DNA of 64,000 nucleotides from a phage: sequence record PX246730.1; one strand, 5' to 3'. Shown piece by piece: positions 62,465 to 64,000 of this stretch (position 1 is its first letter; each line of letters starts with the position of its first letter). The notes under the pieces were generated by a model. It saw only the letters and a program-made list of their open reading frames with translations, ran no database searches and was not told where the DNA came from. The position numbers and the translations under genes were made by a program.

Positions 62465-64000
62465 AAATGCCATTTTTGGCTTTCTTACGACCTTTTGTAA
62501 TCTCGTGGAGAAGTTCCTCATCCTGTGTCTCCCTACAACGAACAATGTCTTCTTCCTTGTTCAGACCAAAGTAAATACTGTTCAGTGTATGCGCATCAGT
62601 CCCTGTGTAGACTTCATAGAGGTCGTTCTCAGCATCATAACGAAGATACTTGTCAGTTTCTGGATTAAGATACTTATCGAGATGCTTGCAATAGTATCTA
62701 CCGTCATCTTGCTTAGTGAACTCTACTGACTCTTTACCCTCAGTTACTGCTTTGGTGAACTCTTTATCACCCATAAAGTTACAAAGGAGAACTAGCTGTG
62801 CAGAGTTCTGGTCAACTGAAACGATATTAGTCCCTTCCTCGCAAATCCACACCTCCCTCATAGGCGCTCCATAGACAGCAGCACCAGACGGTACGTTTAC
62901 AATACCATATTGTGTCATACGTCCAGTTGAAGTACCAAACACCATTGCACCAGCACTAAGGCGACCATCAGGACGAATCTGGTTCAACCAACCTTTTTCA
63001 TCATCCTTTGAGTTCTCAATAGTTCTACGTCGGTGCATCAAAGTATAGTACTTAGCAATCTTCTGTCCAAGCTCACCTTCAATCGTGTCATAAGATGACT
63101 CAGTAAGCTTTGGTGAAGTACGGATTAAACAAGGCTCAAGCAAATCTGTGTATTTTTTCACAGACCAGTTATGCTCAATGTACTGTACACCTTCATGCTC
63201 AACATAGCTCAAACCACACCGCTCAACCATTTCCTGCCACTTAGGATGTTTTGTAATCATCTTTTTATTGTCTTTGAAACGACAAACCTTAACAGGGCGA
63301 CCGTCTGAGTCTTTCTTGTAGTTCCAGTCATCTGGAATCCAACCAACTGATTTCAAGTAGTCTTTAACAACTGCTACCTGAGTCATACGAGAAACTTCAA
63401 ACTCAATTGGTGTATATGGTGCATCAATCAAACCTGTGTAGCGACTTGACTCAAGTTCAAAGTGGTTAACAACATGACTGTTATAGTACTTCACGGTTTT
63501 GACTGTTTTTACTGGCTTCCAGTCTTTGCATTTCTTACCAATCTTTGCGTTCAAATCATTGCAAATTGCACGAGCATCCTTCATTGCTACAAAGCCTTCC
63601 TTGTACTCTTCACCAGTTACAGAGTTGGTTGGTGTATAGCAATTTCTCTTTTCAATGTTAAAAATCTTTGTAGTTGGCTTACCAAATGGTTTGATTTCGT
63701 ATGTCTGCATCTCACCGTTACGTACCTGTTGACGATACTTTGTCTTAGGATACTTGGTAATTCTTTTCAGTCCATCTGCATGACCAAACGTTTCAACATA
63801 CTCATTCCAAGCTTTTGCAAACTCTTCTCCAGTCACTTTACCTTTGGTCTTAATAGTTGGAGGAAGGTGTGGTTCAACCTCTGAAGCAAGCTCATTAGTC
63901 AACTTGTCAAGTTCCTTTACATGGAACTCCATAAGCTCCTTATCAGCTTTCCAACCATTGATAGCCTGTTGACTCATCCAGAAAGATGTTTCTTTAGCTC
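62465..64000 (-). CDS. DNA polymerase (family A, T7-type), exon 1; partial, open at window edge
   Basis: APYTPIE, GTSTGRMTQ, VSVDQNSAQLVLLCNFMGD (motif A), RKKAKNGIY (motif B start) align with T7 gp5; frame stays open upstream of 63977. Confidence 0.8.

Noticed and set aside
62505-63884. Plus-strand ORFs 62505-62729 and 63462-63884
   Set aside because: Antisense to DNA polymerase exon 1.

Overview
This 64-kb window is a segment of a tailed dsDNA bacteriophage genome, AT-rich (about 39-40% GC by eye). No tools were run: every call below comes from manual reading and hand-folding. RNA feature coordinates are +/-2 nt, and CDS starts may be off where the ORF track used TTG/GTG starts. Layout: (i) 1-13.3 kb, rightward early block: rIIA/rIIB, a secreted SLT-type transglycosylase, a HAD-like phosphatase, an overlapping spanin-like pair, a macro-domain protein, then about 13 small ORFs each preceded by one of two conserved intergenic modules. 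(ii) 13.35-15.03 kb: an ORF-free, repeat-dense region between convergent terminators. (iii) 15.1-22.6 kb, leftward block of unknown proteins ending with an Ig-like protein and a GH24 endolysin. (iv) 22.9-53.8 kb, rightward block: a Ro60-like TROVE/vWA protein, a ~5-kb tRNA array (about 25 canonical tRNAs plus non-canonical tRNA-like elements and two embedded ORFs), then terminase, portal, protease, capsid, sheath, tube, tape measure, baseplate and two tail fibers. (v) 53.8-64.0 kb, leftward block: thymidylate synthase, DHFR, a two-gene unit bracketed by ~0.4-kb direct repeats, ATP-dependent DNA ligase, an HNH endonuclease, and a T7-type family-A DNA polymerase gene split by a group I intron and running off the window edge. 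The gene content suggests a virulent Felix-O1/T4-like myovirus of a Gram-negative host; that assignment is inference. The strongest candidates for something new are a possibly circularly permuted tRNA-Thr gene inside a family of covarying framed RNA elements, the Ro60-like protein next to tRNA-like RNAs, the repeat-dense non-coding region, the modular small-gene cassette array, and the repeat-bracketed two-gene unit.
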